From Myxococcota bacterium (GTDB lineage: Bacteria; Myxococcota_A; UBA796; SXON01): a stretch of DNA of 64,000 nucleotides. Within the stretch, counting starts at the first letter, position 1. Every line of letters begins with the position of its first letter. Location of the stretch: contig JAZKFH010000022.1 in NCBI GenBank assembly GCA_040386535.1, positions 1-64,000 of the forward strand, given 5' to 3'. The notes below the pieces were generated by a model that saw only the letters and a list, made by a program, of their open reading frames with translations, had not been told where the DNA came from and did not search any database. Both the position numbers and the translations under genes were made by a program. Shown here piece by piece: positions 8,603-17,450 of this stretch.

Positions 8603-10671
8603 CGCGGATCCTTCGCCAGGGGGTAGTCGGAGCAGGAGTGGTCGGGGGCGCAGCGCGGGCGCGCGAAGGGGGGGCAACGCGCCCCGGCCGTCAGCTGGGT
8701 GGCGAATGCAACGACATGTTTGCGCGCCCGTTTGTCGAGGATCACCGAGGCGTCGGAGTGGCGCCCGCGCGTGCGCCAAACCTCCACGCCGCGGGAGAGC
8801 GGTGTTGTCGCTTCCGCCGCCATGCCGAGCTCGAGGTAACCGCAGCCCACCAGCAGAAGCTCTTCGGCCGAGCCCGTGGGGAGGTGGCCGGGCCCCGGCA
8901 TCCCCAGCCGCCAGGCTGCGGCCAGCCGCGCGTTGCGGTTCGCCAGCGGCGTGCCGCGGGCCTCCGCCGTGCTCGTCGTGAGCGCGGCGAGCGCGGGCTC
9001 CGGATCTTCGTCCCAGAGCCACGACATTCGCCCGATGGCTCGCATCGCCAGCGCGTGGTCCTCGCCCTCGGCGCCGGCGACCCACTTTTCGACGGCGCTA
9101 TCCCAGGCGTGGGCGTCCTCGATGCCGCCATGCCCGGCGTTGCAGTAGTGCGCGTGCTCCTGCAGGAGGGCGAGCGACCTGGCGGCGTCCACGGCCCCCC
9201 GTCCCTTCGCGGAGAGCGCCCGCGACAGCGCCTCCTCGGCGTCCACGCACGCGGCCGCCGTGTGGTCCAGCACGCACGCTTGTCGCTCCAGCTGGCCGAG
9301 GGCCAGCGCGGCCCCCGAGGACCAGCGTGCCCACCGCGCAAGCATTTGTGCGTCCGATCGAGCGGCCTCGAAGCTCGCGCGCGTGGTCGCCACGCCCAGG
9401 TCCCCCGTGTCGAGGAGCGTGCAGGTCACCGCTGCCGGGTTTTTGCCCTCGCACCAATCGAGCGCGAGGCTGATCTTGGATGTCAGCATTCGATCCGCAG
9501 CCCACGCGAGCGCTGTTCCGGTTAGGACGGTGGCGCCGATCCCTGCGGCCACCCGCCCAACCGGTCCTCGCCATCGGCGCGCGGGCGCCGGCGGCGCGGG
9601 GACCGGGACCGGCCGCGCGGGGCGCGGCCGCGAAGCCGGGGGCTCCGGGAGATTGGTCTTCGCGGCCCCCGCGGCGGGTGCTTCGGGAGTGTCGGTGCGG
9701 GGCAGCAGGGCTCGCCGCGATTGGCGGGGAGGCATGGTTCCCGGGGCGTGCCATGCCCACTCCATCGGGTAGCCTTCGGGCGCCCGGCGGTGGGCCTGGC
9801 AGACCGCGTCACGCGCCGCGGCTGCGGTTGCGTGCTGGCCGCGCTGAAGGCTCGTCAGCAGCTCATCCAATTCGTGTCCGAGCGCGTCGCGCCCGGCACC
9901 GGGCTCGCCTCGCCCCGTCTCCCCAGTCTGGATCAACACGGCGCGCACCGAGGAGGCCAGCTCGACCACATCCCACGCGAAGCGTCGTTCGACACGGGGC
10001 GCCGCCAGCCGGCGGGCTACCCACGCGTCCTTGTCCGGGTGCTGGTACACGGGGGGATGAAGGCGGAAGTCGTCGTCCTCGTGCCCCGCCTCGTGCCCCG
10101 CGTCGAGGTCACAGAGCGCGAGCCCGACCCGGCCGCCGGGTTCTTCTCGGACGAGCAGGTTCCAAGTCACACAATCGTCGTGACTGGCCCCGAGCGCGTG
10201 GTATTGCGCCACGCACGCGAGCGCGCGCTCGAGCGCCCAATACCCGAGCCGGACACGCTCAGGCACAGCGAGAGCAATCAGGCGCGAGCGGAGGTTGCCG
10301 CCTGCAAACCAGCTCATCACCGTGAAGGGCACCAGGATGGCGCGGTCGTGTGCACGGACCAGCGCGTCGGGCAGGTAGGCGATCGGCTCGGGCACGAGCC
10401 CCCGGTCGATGACGTACGCGCGACACTGCCGCTGAAAGGCGAGCGCGTAGCGCGCCTTTAGCTGCGACCAGCGCTGGAGGGCGTGGGGTGCCAGATCGGC
10501 GGGGTGTCGGTACACCCGCACGCACACTTCACCCGCCCGCACCGCATCCCAGGCGCGAAACACGAGTGCCTGCCCGCCTTCCGCCACCTGCTCGAGCAGC
10601 GTCCAGCGAGGGGAACCGTCGCGGTCCGGGAGGATCGAGCCGGGCGCGGGGGGGTGGCAGGCGTGGGGCAC
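8599..10671 (-). CDS. Divergent Ser/Thr kinase-like membrane protein (kinase domain, Pro-rich linker, TM, Cys-containing helical ectodomain)
   Basis: VAEGGQALVFRAWD G-loop, VMSWFAGGNL hinge, HDDCVTWNLLV catalytic loop, LCDLD. The GTG start at 10671 is an estimate; the rest of the listed 1365-aa ORF is antisense to cas10. Confidence 0.75.
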   Translation of the reverse strand: MPHACHPPAPGSILPDRDGSPRWTLLEQVAEGGQALVFRAWDAVRAGEVCVRVYRHPADLAPHALQRWSQLKARYALAFQRQCRAYVIDRGLVPEPIAYLPDALVRAHDRAILVPFTVMSWFAGGNLRSRLIALAVPERVRLGYWALERALACVAQYHALGASHDDCVTWNLLVREEPGGRVGLALCDLDAGHEAGHEDDDFRLHPPVYQHPDKDAWVARRLAAPRVERRFAWDVVELASSVRAVLIQTGETGRGEPGAGRDALGHELDELLTSLQRGQHATAAAARDAVCQAHRRAPEGYPMEWAWHAPGTMPPRQSRRALLPRTDTPEAPAAGAAKTNLPEPPASRPRPARPVPVPAPPAPARRWRGPVGRVAAGIGATVLTGTALAWAADRMLTSKISLALDWCEGKNPAAVTCTLLDTGDLGVATTRASFEAARSDAQMLARWARWSSGAALALGQLERQACVLDHTAAACVDAEEALSRALSAKGRGAVDAARSLALLQEHAHYCNAGHGGIEDAHAWDSAVEKWVAGAEGEDHALAMRAIGRMSWLWDEDPEPALAALTTSTAEARGTPLANRNARLAAAWRLGMPGPGHLPTGSAEELLLVGCGYLELGMAAEATTPLSRGVEVWRTRGRHSDASVILDKRARKHVVAFATQLTAGARCPPFARPRCAPDHSCSDYPLAKDPR

Positions 10672-10851
10672 GCTTCGGGGACGCGCGGGAGGCGGCGGAG
10701 CTGACTGGGGGGCGCTGTCGGGTAGGCGGGTGTCCGATTGGAGGCTGCGCGCACGTCTCCACCACGATGCGTGCGGAATCGGCTCTTGACTCGGTGTCGT
10801 ATCTGAGCGAGCGTGCGTTCGCGTCGAAGCCTGCTGCACCCCCGAGAACAA

Positions 10852-12753
10852 ATGGCCCACGTCATACTGATCAGCCTGGGACCCATTCAGGACTTCATCG
10901 CCACCGCTCGGCGTTGCCAGGACCTGTGGTACGGGTCCTGGCTGCTGAGCGAGCTCTCGCGCGCGGCCGCTATCGCCTGCACCGGCGCGCAGACGACGTT
11001 GATCTTCCCGGGGTCCGAGCCCGGCCGCTGGAGCGACAAGCCCGCCGTCGCGAACAAGATCCTGGCGTACCTCGATGGAGCCAATCCGCGGGAAACAGCG
11101 GAGCGCGCGCGCACGGCGATGAACTCGAGGCTGGGCGAGCTTCGGGAGGCGGCGTTCGACCGATTTGCGAACGATCCGGACGTGCATCTCGCAGCGGCGC
11201 GGGAGCAGATCGACGACCTCATGGAGTTCCAGTGGGTGGCGGTCGAGGTGCGTGGTGACCGGTATCAGGAAGCGCGTAACGAGGCAGAGGCCTTGCTCGC
11301 GGCGCGCAAGAACACGAGGGACTGGGGCCCGGTGACTTGGGGGGGGCCGGTGCCGAAGTCGTCGCTCGACGGAGTGCGAGAGTCGGTGATCGACGAGGCG
11401 GTGTACGACCGGCTGCGTGACAGGCCTGAGGCGCTCCGGATGCGGTACCACGTCGGGCCCGGTGAACGACTGTGCGGGGTCGGGCTGCTCAAGCGCGTTG
11501 GAGGCGACGATGATCTCGACGCGCCCGACAGGCCGTATGGGGCGAACCATCCGCCGTTCCACAGCACGTCCCACATTGCGGCTGCGCCGTTGCTCACCCG
11601 ACTGGCGCGCGTGCCGGGGGGCGGCGCCGCAGAGGGCGCGTTCATCGCCGCGTTGAATGCGCTCGGTGTCAAGATGGACCGCTTTCGAATCCGGGCGGGA
11701 GCGCGCAGCTTTGCCACGCTGACCGGGCCTGGTGGGGGCGCGCCTCTGAACGTGCCCAGGGTGCTCGCCGGGGGCGAGCGGGGCCACGATCTCGTGCTCG
11801 CCTACGCGAGCCGCGCGGATGAGCTGGTGGAGCGATACTGTGCCCCTGGGCAGTCGGCCGATGCCGTGCGGCAAGCGATCTCGGTCTTCCTGGATGCCGC
11901 GCAGCTTGGCGGCGAAGTGCCTGCCTACTATGCCTTCCTCCTGGCCGACGGCGACCGGATGGGGCTCGCTATCTCCGATATGAAGACCATCGGTGAGCAT
12001 CAGGACATCGGGACTCGCCTCGACGGGTTCTCCGTCCGCTGCCGCGAAATCGTCGAGGCGAACGCGGGGAGCTTGATCTACGCGGGGGGGGACGACGTTC
12101 TCGCGCTCGTTCCGCTGCACACGGCGCTGAGGTGCGCTGCGGCATTGCGCGATGCCTTCGACAAGGCGCTCGAGGAACTCACGTTCGAGAAGGTGCGCCC
12201 CACCCTCTCGGTCGGGCTGGGAATCGCGCACCACATGGAGCCGATGGAGGATGCCCGCGCGCTCGCCAAGCAGGCGGAGTCTCTCGCCAAGGTCGAAAGG
12301 GACTCTTTGGCCGTCGTGGTGAGCAAGCGTAGCGGCGGAACCGTGTCGGTGACGGGCCGGTGGGTGGAGGCCACCGGGGCAGATGGTGTCCCCATGCTTC
12401 CCCTCCACGAACGCTTGGCGCAGTGGGTACGTTTGCTTCGATCGGGCGCCCTCCCGCACGGTGTGGCGTTCGAGCTTGAGCAGTCCGCGCGGTTCTTTGA
12501 GGGCGCGGAGGGCGCGGAGGGCGCGGAGGGCGCGTCGGCGGCCGCCGCGGCGGAAGCGCTTGCCCTCCGAATTCTCAAGCGAAAACGCGAGCAGGGCGGT
12601 GTTGACGAAATGGGTGCGTCCGTACGGAATTTGCTCCAGGGGCGCTTGGGCGGCCGGCCTGCTATTGGGATTGCGGCCCTCGGCCAGGAACTCCAAATCG
12701 CACGGATCTTCGCGCGCGCGGACGAAGTGGCGTGGGGCGAGGTGTCGGAATGA
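10852..12753 (+). CDS. cas10: Type III-B Cas10/Cmr2, no HD domain, cyclase motif intact
   Basis: N-terminal SLGPIQDFIATARRCQDLWYGSWLLS; LADGDRMG and YAGGDDV palm motifs. Confidence 0.97.
   Translation: MAHVILISLGPIQDFIATARRCQDLWYGSWLLSELSRAAAIACTGAQTTLIFPGSEPGRWSDKPAVANKILAYLDGANPRETAERARTAMNSRLGELREAAFDRFANDPDVHLAAAREQIDDLMEFQWVAVEVRGDRYQEARNEAEALLAARKNTRDWGPVTWGGPVPKSSLDGVRESVIDEAVYDRLRDRPEALRMRYHVGPGERLCGVGLLKRVGGDDDLDAPDRPYGANHPPFHSTSHIAAAPLLTRLARVPGGGAAEGAFIAALNALGVKMDRFRIRAGARSFATLTGPGGGAPLNVPRVLAGGERGHDLVLAYASRADELVERYCAPGQSADAVRQAISVFLDAAQLGGEVPAYYAFLLADGDRMGLAISDMKTIGEHQDIGTRLDGFSVRCREIVEANAGSLIYAGGDDVLALVPLHTALRCAAALRDAFDKALEELTFEKVRPTLSVGLGIAHHMEPMEDARALAKQAESLAKVERDSLAVVVSKRSGGTVSVTGRWVEATGADGVPMLPLHERLAQWVRLLRSGALPHGVAFELEQSARFFEGAEGAEGAEGASAAAAAEALALRILKRKREQGGVDEMGASVRNLLQGRLGGRPAIGIAALGQELQIARIFARADEVAWGEVSE
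12499..12534 (+). repeat. In-frame 9-bp tandem repeat (GAGGGCGCG)x4 in cas10, encoding (EGA)4
   Basis: Read directly from the sequence. Confidence 0.9.
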
Positions 12754-13814
12754 CCATGCAAATTTGGACGATCGAGCCGCGTGATACGTTGGTGGTGCGC
12801 GACGGGCGTCCGTTCGGCGCCGGCGCCACCGCCTTGCGATCGCTCGACTTTCCGCTCCCCTCGACGGTGGCGGGGTGTCTCCGCACTCGAATCGGTCGTG
12901 ACGCCCTCGGGCGGTTCAACCTAACTCCGGAGGCCGCCAGGCAAATTCCGGTCGTGGGCCCGTGGCTCGCCGAGCTCTCGGATAAAGGCGCTCTGCTCGA
13001 TTGGTGGTTTCCCGCGCCGCGGGATGTCGTGTGGTTCGAGGGAGGCGCGCGCTACCGCCTGACGACACAGGCCAAGCCGGCTCTGAGTAATTCGCCGCTG
13101 GGCCAAATCGTCACCCCCGCGGTTACGCTTCCTCGGTCGAAGCCAGTTGCGGGGCCGTCTTTCTGGCGTGGCAGCGACCTGCTCGCCTGGCTGAGGGCGC
13201 CTTCCGACGACACCGTCGGGTCCGACTTCGGGCTTGCGCCGCTCCAACACGAGCGCCGCACGCACGTGAGCATCCAGGCGCAAACGGGCACCGGAGAGGA
13301 CGGCCGCCTGTTCAGCACGGACGGTCTGCGGTTCCACACGCCGAAAGAGCAGGGCAGTCGCCGCTTGGCGCTCGCGATGGCTTGTCCCCACGCCGGGCTG
13401 AAGGAGGGGCTTGTGCCGCTGGGGGGGGAGGCGCGGCTGTCGTTTCTCCGCAAGAGCGCGGGCGAGCCGCTCGGCGTGGTAAAACCCGCGCCTGCGGCCC
13501 GTCGACTTCGGGTCCTGCTCTTGACGCCTGCCATCTTTGAACGGGGCTACGCGCCAACGCGAATCGCCGGGGCTCCAGTGGCGGCGGCGGCGGTGGGGCG
13601 CCCGCAAACGGTGTCCGGATGGGACTTCTCCGCGCGTCCGGGGAGTCCGAAGCCGAGCCGGCGCCTAGCTCCGGCAGGCAGCGTGTATTGGGTTGACCTC
13701 CCCGAAGGGGTCGATGCTGCGAAGTGGGCGGATGACCTCTGGTTCACTTGCATTTCGGACAACCCGCAGGACTGCCTGGACGGGTTCGGACTCTGCGTTG
13801 TGGGAGGTGCGTGA
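12750..13814 (+). CDS. cmr3: Type III-B Cmr3
   Basis: IEPRDTLVVRDGRPF, PLPSTVAGCLRT, LGGEAR, LLTPAIF, VSGWD, PAGSVYW, GFG. Confidence 0.95.
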   Translation: MTMQIWTIEPRDTLVVRDGRPFGAGATALRSLDFPLPSTVAGCLRTRIGRDALGRFNLTPEAARQIPVVGPWLAELSDKGALLDWWFPAPRDVVWFEGGARYRLTTQAKPALSNSPLGQIVTPAVTLPRSKPVAGPSFWRGSDLLAWLRAPSDDTVGSDFGLAPLQHERRTHVSIQAQTGTGEDGRLFSTDGLRFHTPKEQGSRRLALAMACPHAGLKEGLVPLGGEARLSFLRKSAGEPLGVVKPAPAARRLRVLLLTPAIFERGYAPTRIAGAPVAAAAVGRPQTVSGWDFSARPGSPKPSRRLAPAGSVYWVDLPEGVDAAKWADDLWFTCISDNPQDCLDGFGLCVVGGA

Positions 13815-15136
13815 TGCGAAGGCTTGATCGGACGCCGAGCCAAGTGGAACAGGTGGCCCTCCCGGTCGGCCAGTTCCGGCGGGACTGGAGGGTGCAGGTG
13901 ATCACGCCCATGTTTGCGGGTGGCGTGTACATCGATCCCGATGCTCCGCACATGAAGCAACCCGACCCTCTCACGCCGATTCGCGCGGCGTCGATCAGGG
14001 GACAACTCCGGTTCTGGTGGCGGGTGGCGCGAGCCCACACCTGCAGGACGGTGGATGAGCTCTGGCGCCGCGAGGCTGAAGTTTGGGGTTCGGCATCCGC
14101 TCCGGGGAGGGTGGCGCTCGAGGTGATTGGGCAGCCCGAGCCGGAGCGGTTGGAGATTTATGTCAGCAGCCCGTCGAGAGGTCTGAATCCAACTTGGAAC
14201 CCCGAGAGTTCAGCGGGGATGAAGGACTACGCATACGGAGGCTTTCCCCTGCAGCACAAGGCGAGCCAGCCTCGGCAGACCGAGAACGGCTCGCTGACCA
14301 CGCTTCAAGGTGTCTTCACCATTCGGATTACTGGCGCGGGCGACCTGCGAACGGAAGCGGAAGCCGCCGTCGGCGCGTGGCTCACCTTCGGTGGCATTGG
14401 AGGCCGGACCCGGCGGGGGTTCGGAGCCGTCGCCGAGGTCGGCGATGACAACCAGCCGATTCCCGTCGCCCCCGGTCGTTTCTTGGTCGGAGCAAACGAC
14501 CCGGTCGGCCTGACCGGTCACCCGAGGGAGGGGGAGGTGGTCGCGCGCAGTGGATCGGATCGCCACATTGCAGCGCCCTTCACTGACGCCTCGACAGCCC
14601 ATCGGTTCGCGCTGCGAGCGCTCAAAATATTTCGCCAGGGTGTGGGCGTCGCCCGACCGGGACCCGATGCTCGTTTTCCAGGGCGAACATTCTGGCCAGA
14701 CGCCGACATGGTGAAGCGTTGGACCAGGCCGCCCGGCCCGAAGCACCCCCCCGAACACTCCGTCCGCAAGTTCCCAAGAGCCGCCTTCGGGCTTCCCATC
14801 ATCTTCCACTTCAAGAGGGGGGACAATGACGGCCCTGACGCGACGTTACAGCCCGTGGGTCGCAAGCGGCTGGCCTCTCCGCTGTTCCTGCGGCCGATCC
14901 GCACGACAGGGGGTTGGTCGGCGCTGGCGGTCATTATCCGGGACCCCGGCGCGGATCTGCGTACCGTCGCGGGACCAGGGCTAGCGTTAAGCATTGCTGG
15001 GGCCCCCCCCGTACCCGTCGAATCCGCCCATCTGACGCCGGCGGAGGCGAGCGCAGTGGAACCGATGGGTGCCAATCGGGGCTTTGTTGACCCTCTCGCG
15101 GCGTTCCTCAACCTCTTCAAGTCCCTCTCTCTCTGA
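13814..15136 (+). CDS. cmr1: Type III-B Cmr1
   Basis: VITPMFAGG, SIRGQLRFWWR, FGGIGGRTRRGFG, RAAFGLPI, RLASPL. Confidence 0.95.
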   Translation: MRRLDRTPSQVEQVALPVGQFRRDWRVQVITPMFAGGVYIDPDAPHMKQPDPLTPIRAASIRGQLRFWWRVARAHTCRTVDELWRREAEVWGSASAPGRVALEVIGQPEPERLEIYVSSPSRGLNPTWNPESSAGMKDYAYGGFPLQHKASQPRQTENGSLTTLQGVFTIRITGAGDLRTEAEAAVGAWLTFGGIGGRTRRGFGAVAEVGDDNQPIPVAPGRFLVGANDPVGLTGHPREGEVVARSGSDRHIAAPFTDASTAHRFALRALKIFRQGVGVARPGPDARFPGRTFWPDADMVKRWTRPPGPKHPPEHSVRKFPRAAFGLPIIFHFKRGDNDGPDATLQPVGRKRLASPLFLRPIRTTGGWSALAVIIRDPGADLRTVAGPGLALSIAGAPPVPVESAHLTPAEASAVEPMGANRGFVDPLAAFLNLFKSLSL

Positions 15137-15154
15137 CTCCGGAGTCAACCTCTC

Positions 15155-16036
15155 ATGCCCGCTCGACTCCTCTTCGTTCACGCGATCAGCCCGCTCCATG
15201 CCGGCACAGGGCAATCAACCGGCGCGATCGATCTGGCAATCGCGCGCGACCGCTCCACCGGCATCCCGTATCTGCCCGCCTCCTCCCTCAAGGGAGCGCT
15301 ACGGGCTCGTTCGGAGCTCCAGCTCGGCGCGGCGAGCACGAAGGCTGTGTTCGGCCCCGATACGGCCGCGGCGAAAGACCACGCCGGCTCCGCGCTGTTC
15401 GGGGATGCCAACTTGCTTCTCCTTCCTGTTCGTTCGCTTGCGGGCACGTACGCATGGGTGACGTGCCCGTTGGTCCTGGCTCGCCTGCGGCGGGATGCGA
15501 GCGAAGCTGACATGCATGGGCTTCCTGCTATTCCTGCGCCGGCGTCCACCGAAGCGCTGCTCGGAGCTGGTCAGAAGGTAAGCATTGCCGTCACGGCGCC
15601 GCTGAAGGTCGTGCTGGAGGAACTCGATCTGACCGGCAGGATCGAGCCCATCGCAACCTCGTGGGCAACGTGGTTGGCGACGGCTCTGTTCGGGGCGGAC
15701 GGCGCCTGGCAAGGGTTCCTCAAGGCGCGATTCGCGATCGTGCCGGACGACGTGTTCAGCTTCCTCGCCCAGCACGCTACCGATGTCGTCGCGCGGATTC
15801 GGCTGGAGGATGACACGAAAACGGTGGCCGACGGCCAGCTCTGGTATGAGGAGCACCTGCCCACCGAGTCAATCCTCGTCTCGCTGGTGGCGGCGGAGCC
15901 GACGCCCGCTGCGGGGATTACGCCCCAAGTCGCGCTGCAGCGGCTGACTACGCTGATCGCCGCACCGATTCAACTCGGTGGAAAAGCCTCGGTCGGACGT
16001 GGGCGCTGCCGGCTCGTCCTGGGAGGTGCGGCTTGA
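15155..16036 (+). CDS. cmr4: Type III-B Cmr4 (target RNA cleavage subunit)
   Basis: SPLHAGTGQSTGAIDLAIARD, PASSLKGALR, LWYEEHLP, QLGGKASVGRG. Confidence 0.97.
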   Translation: MPARLLFVHAISPLHAGTGQSTGAIDLAIARDRSTGIPYLPASSLKGALRARSELQLGAASTKAVFGPDTAAAKDHAGSALFGDANLLLLPVRSLAGTYAWVTCPLVLARLRRDASEADMHGLPAIPAPASTEALLGAGQKVSIAVTAPLKVVLEELDLTGRIEPIATSWATWLATALFGADGAWQGFLKARFAIVPDDVFSFLAQHATDVVARIRLEDDTKTVADGQLWYEEHLPTESILVSLVAAEPTPAAGITPQVALQRLTTLIAAPIQLGGKASVGRGRCRLVLGGAA

Positions 16037-16380
16037 TGCGTGCTCAGGCGTGGTCGCTCGGAGCGCACGCAAAGGTCAAAGCTCAGCGCGGTCTGCCTGA
16101 CGCCGCGGCGTATCGCACCCTCGCGCTGAAGATGCCCACCCTCCTTCATCAGTCCGGCCCCGTTCAGGCGATCACGTTCGTGCTTTCTCGGGGCGGCGCA
16201 GCGGGAAAGGTCTTCGCCGACGACCTTGCGAAAGTGGCGGAGCATGGTGACGGAGCCGCGCTTCTCAAAGTCGTGCAAGAGGCGGAGCTCGCACCCTACA
16301 TGGCGCTCTCTACGCAGCTCATCGACATCGCAGCGTGGTTTCGCAGGTACGCCCAGATCGAACTGGAGAGCAAGCCATGA
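16036..16380 (+). CDS. cmr5: Type III-B Cmr5 small subunit
   Basis: Size and position; YRTLALKMPTLLHQSG, WFRRYA. Confidence 0.92.
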   Translation: MRAQAWSLGAHAKVKAQRGLPDAAAYRTLALKMPTLLHQSGPVQAITFVLSRGGAAGKVFADDLAKVAEHGDGAALLKVVQEAELAPYMALSTQLIDIAAWFRRYAQIELESKP

Positions 16381-17450
16381 GCGCCCGACGTAGCAGCTTC
16401 GCGGGGCTCCCGTGCCCGCCGACCGCGAACGCCGGCCTTTGGCTCGACCGGTTCCTCGAACACCAAACGACGGGAAAGAAGGACCCCGCCGTCGTTACGG
16501 CGGCGAAGACCAAGCTGCTCCGCGAGGTGGCGAGCATCGCGGTCCCCGAGGGGTACGCTCTGGCCTACGCGCGTTGGAAGGACAGCCTCTCGGATGTCGT
16601 GACAACTGTCGGTGTTTGCCCGGGGCGTGTGATCGTTGGCCTGGGGGCAAAGGGTCCGTCGGAGATCGGGATTCACCTTGATCGCACGTGGGGTGTACCC
16701 GTCATTCCTGGCACCGCACAAAAGGGACTCGCCGCTCGCGCGGCGGCCGGATGGGCGTCGCAACCCGCTTGGCTACGTGGCGGTGACGACTTCAACGATC
16801 TCTTCGGTACCACCGAGGCCGCGGGCGCGGTCGACTTCCTGGACGCCTGGTGGGTGCCGGGGTCGCTCCCCGTTCCGCTCCACCTCGACGTGATGACCGG
16901 ACACCATGACGCCTACTACGCGAGGGGGGAGGAGCCGCCCTCCGACATGGACGATCCGAACCCTGTGTCATTCTTGACCGCGTCGGGTCACTTTCTCTTC
17001 GCCATCGCGGGGCCCGCGGCATGGGCCAACGAGGCCATGGAGCTTCTCCGCATCGGCCTCGCGGAGATCGGGGTGGGGGCCAAGACGAACAGTGGATACG
17101 GGAGGATCGCGCTGCCTGACCGCGGGATCCGTCTGGCCAACCTGATTCAGGTCAACGCGCAGCGGGCTGTCGCCGATCAGCACTATCCGGCACCCGAGGC
17201 GGAGCCGCTACCCGCGCCCGTGCCAGCTCCGCCGATTGTCGCTCCGGAAGTTCCGACTCCGCTACCCGGCGGGCTCCCGGACTTCGCCGCGCTCAAGGGG
17301 AAGCTCGATCCTTATCAATTCGCCGGAGACGTGGCGCGAGGTCGATATCGCCAGGATACCCGGGAGGCGGCCCTGGCATACTTCAAGCGTCTTGGAACGC
17401 CGGAGAAGAAGCTCGTAGCGATCGTGAGCGCGTATGACCGGCTCGGATAA
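16377..17450 (+). CDS. cmr6: Type III-B Cmr6 with a C-terminal Pro-rich linker and small extension
   Basis: GVPVIPGTAQKG, FLDAWW, DVMTGHH, DPNPVSFL, GVGAKTNSGYG. Confidence 0.95.
   Translation: MSARRSSFAGLPCPPTANAGLWLDRFLEHQTTGKKDPAVVTAAKTKLLREVASIAVPEGYALAYARWKDSLSDVVTTVGVCPGRVIVGLGAKGPSEIGIHLDRTWGVPVIPGTAQKGLAARAAAGWASQPAWLRGGDDFNDLFGTTEAAGAVDFLDAWWVPGSLPVPLHLDVMTGHHDAYYARGEEPPSDMDDPNPVSFLTASGHFLFAIAGPAAWANEAMELLRIGLAEIGVGAKTNSGYGRIALPDRGIRLANLIQVNAQRAVADQHYPAPEAEPLPAPVPAPPIVAPEVPTPLPGGLPDFAALKGKLDPYQFAGDVARGRYRQDTREAALAYFKRLGTPEKKLVAIVSAYDRLG

Noticed and set aside
8603..9085. N-terminal extension of the RodA-PBP ORF
   Set aside because: Overlaps the kinase gene in another frame; the ATGA-coupled start at 8602 fits better.
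10672..12696. N-terminal ~675 aa of the 1365-aa minus-strand ORF, suggesting a giant kinase fusion
   Set aside because: Mostly the antisense shadow of cas10 in GC-rich DNA; kinase motifs begin only near 10620.
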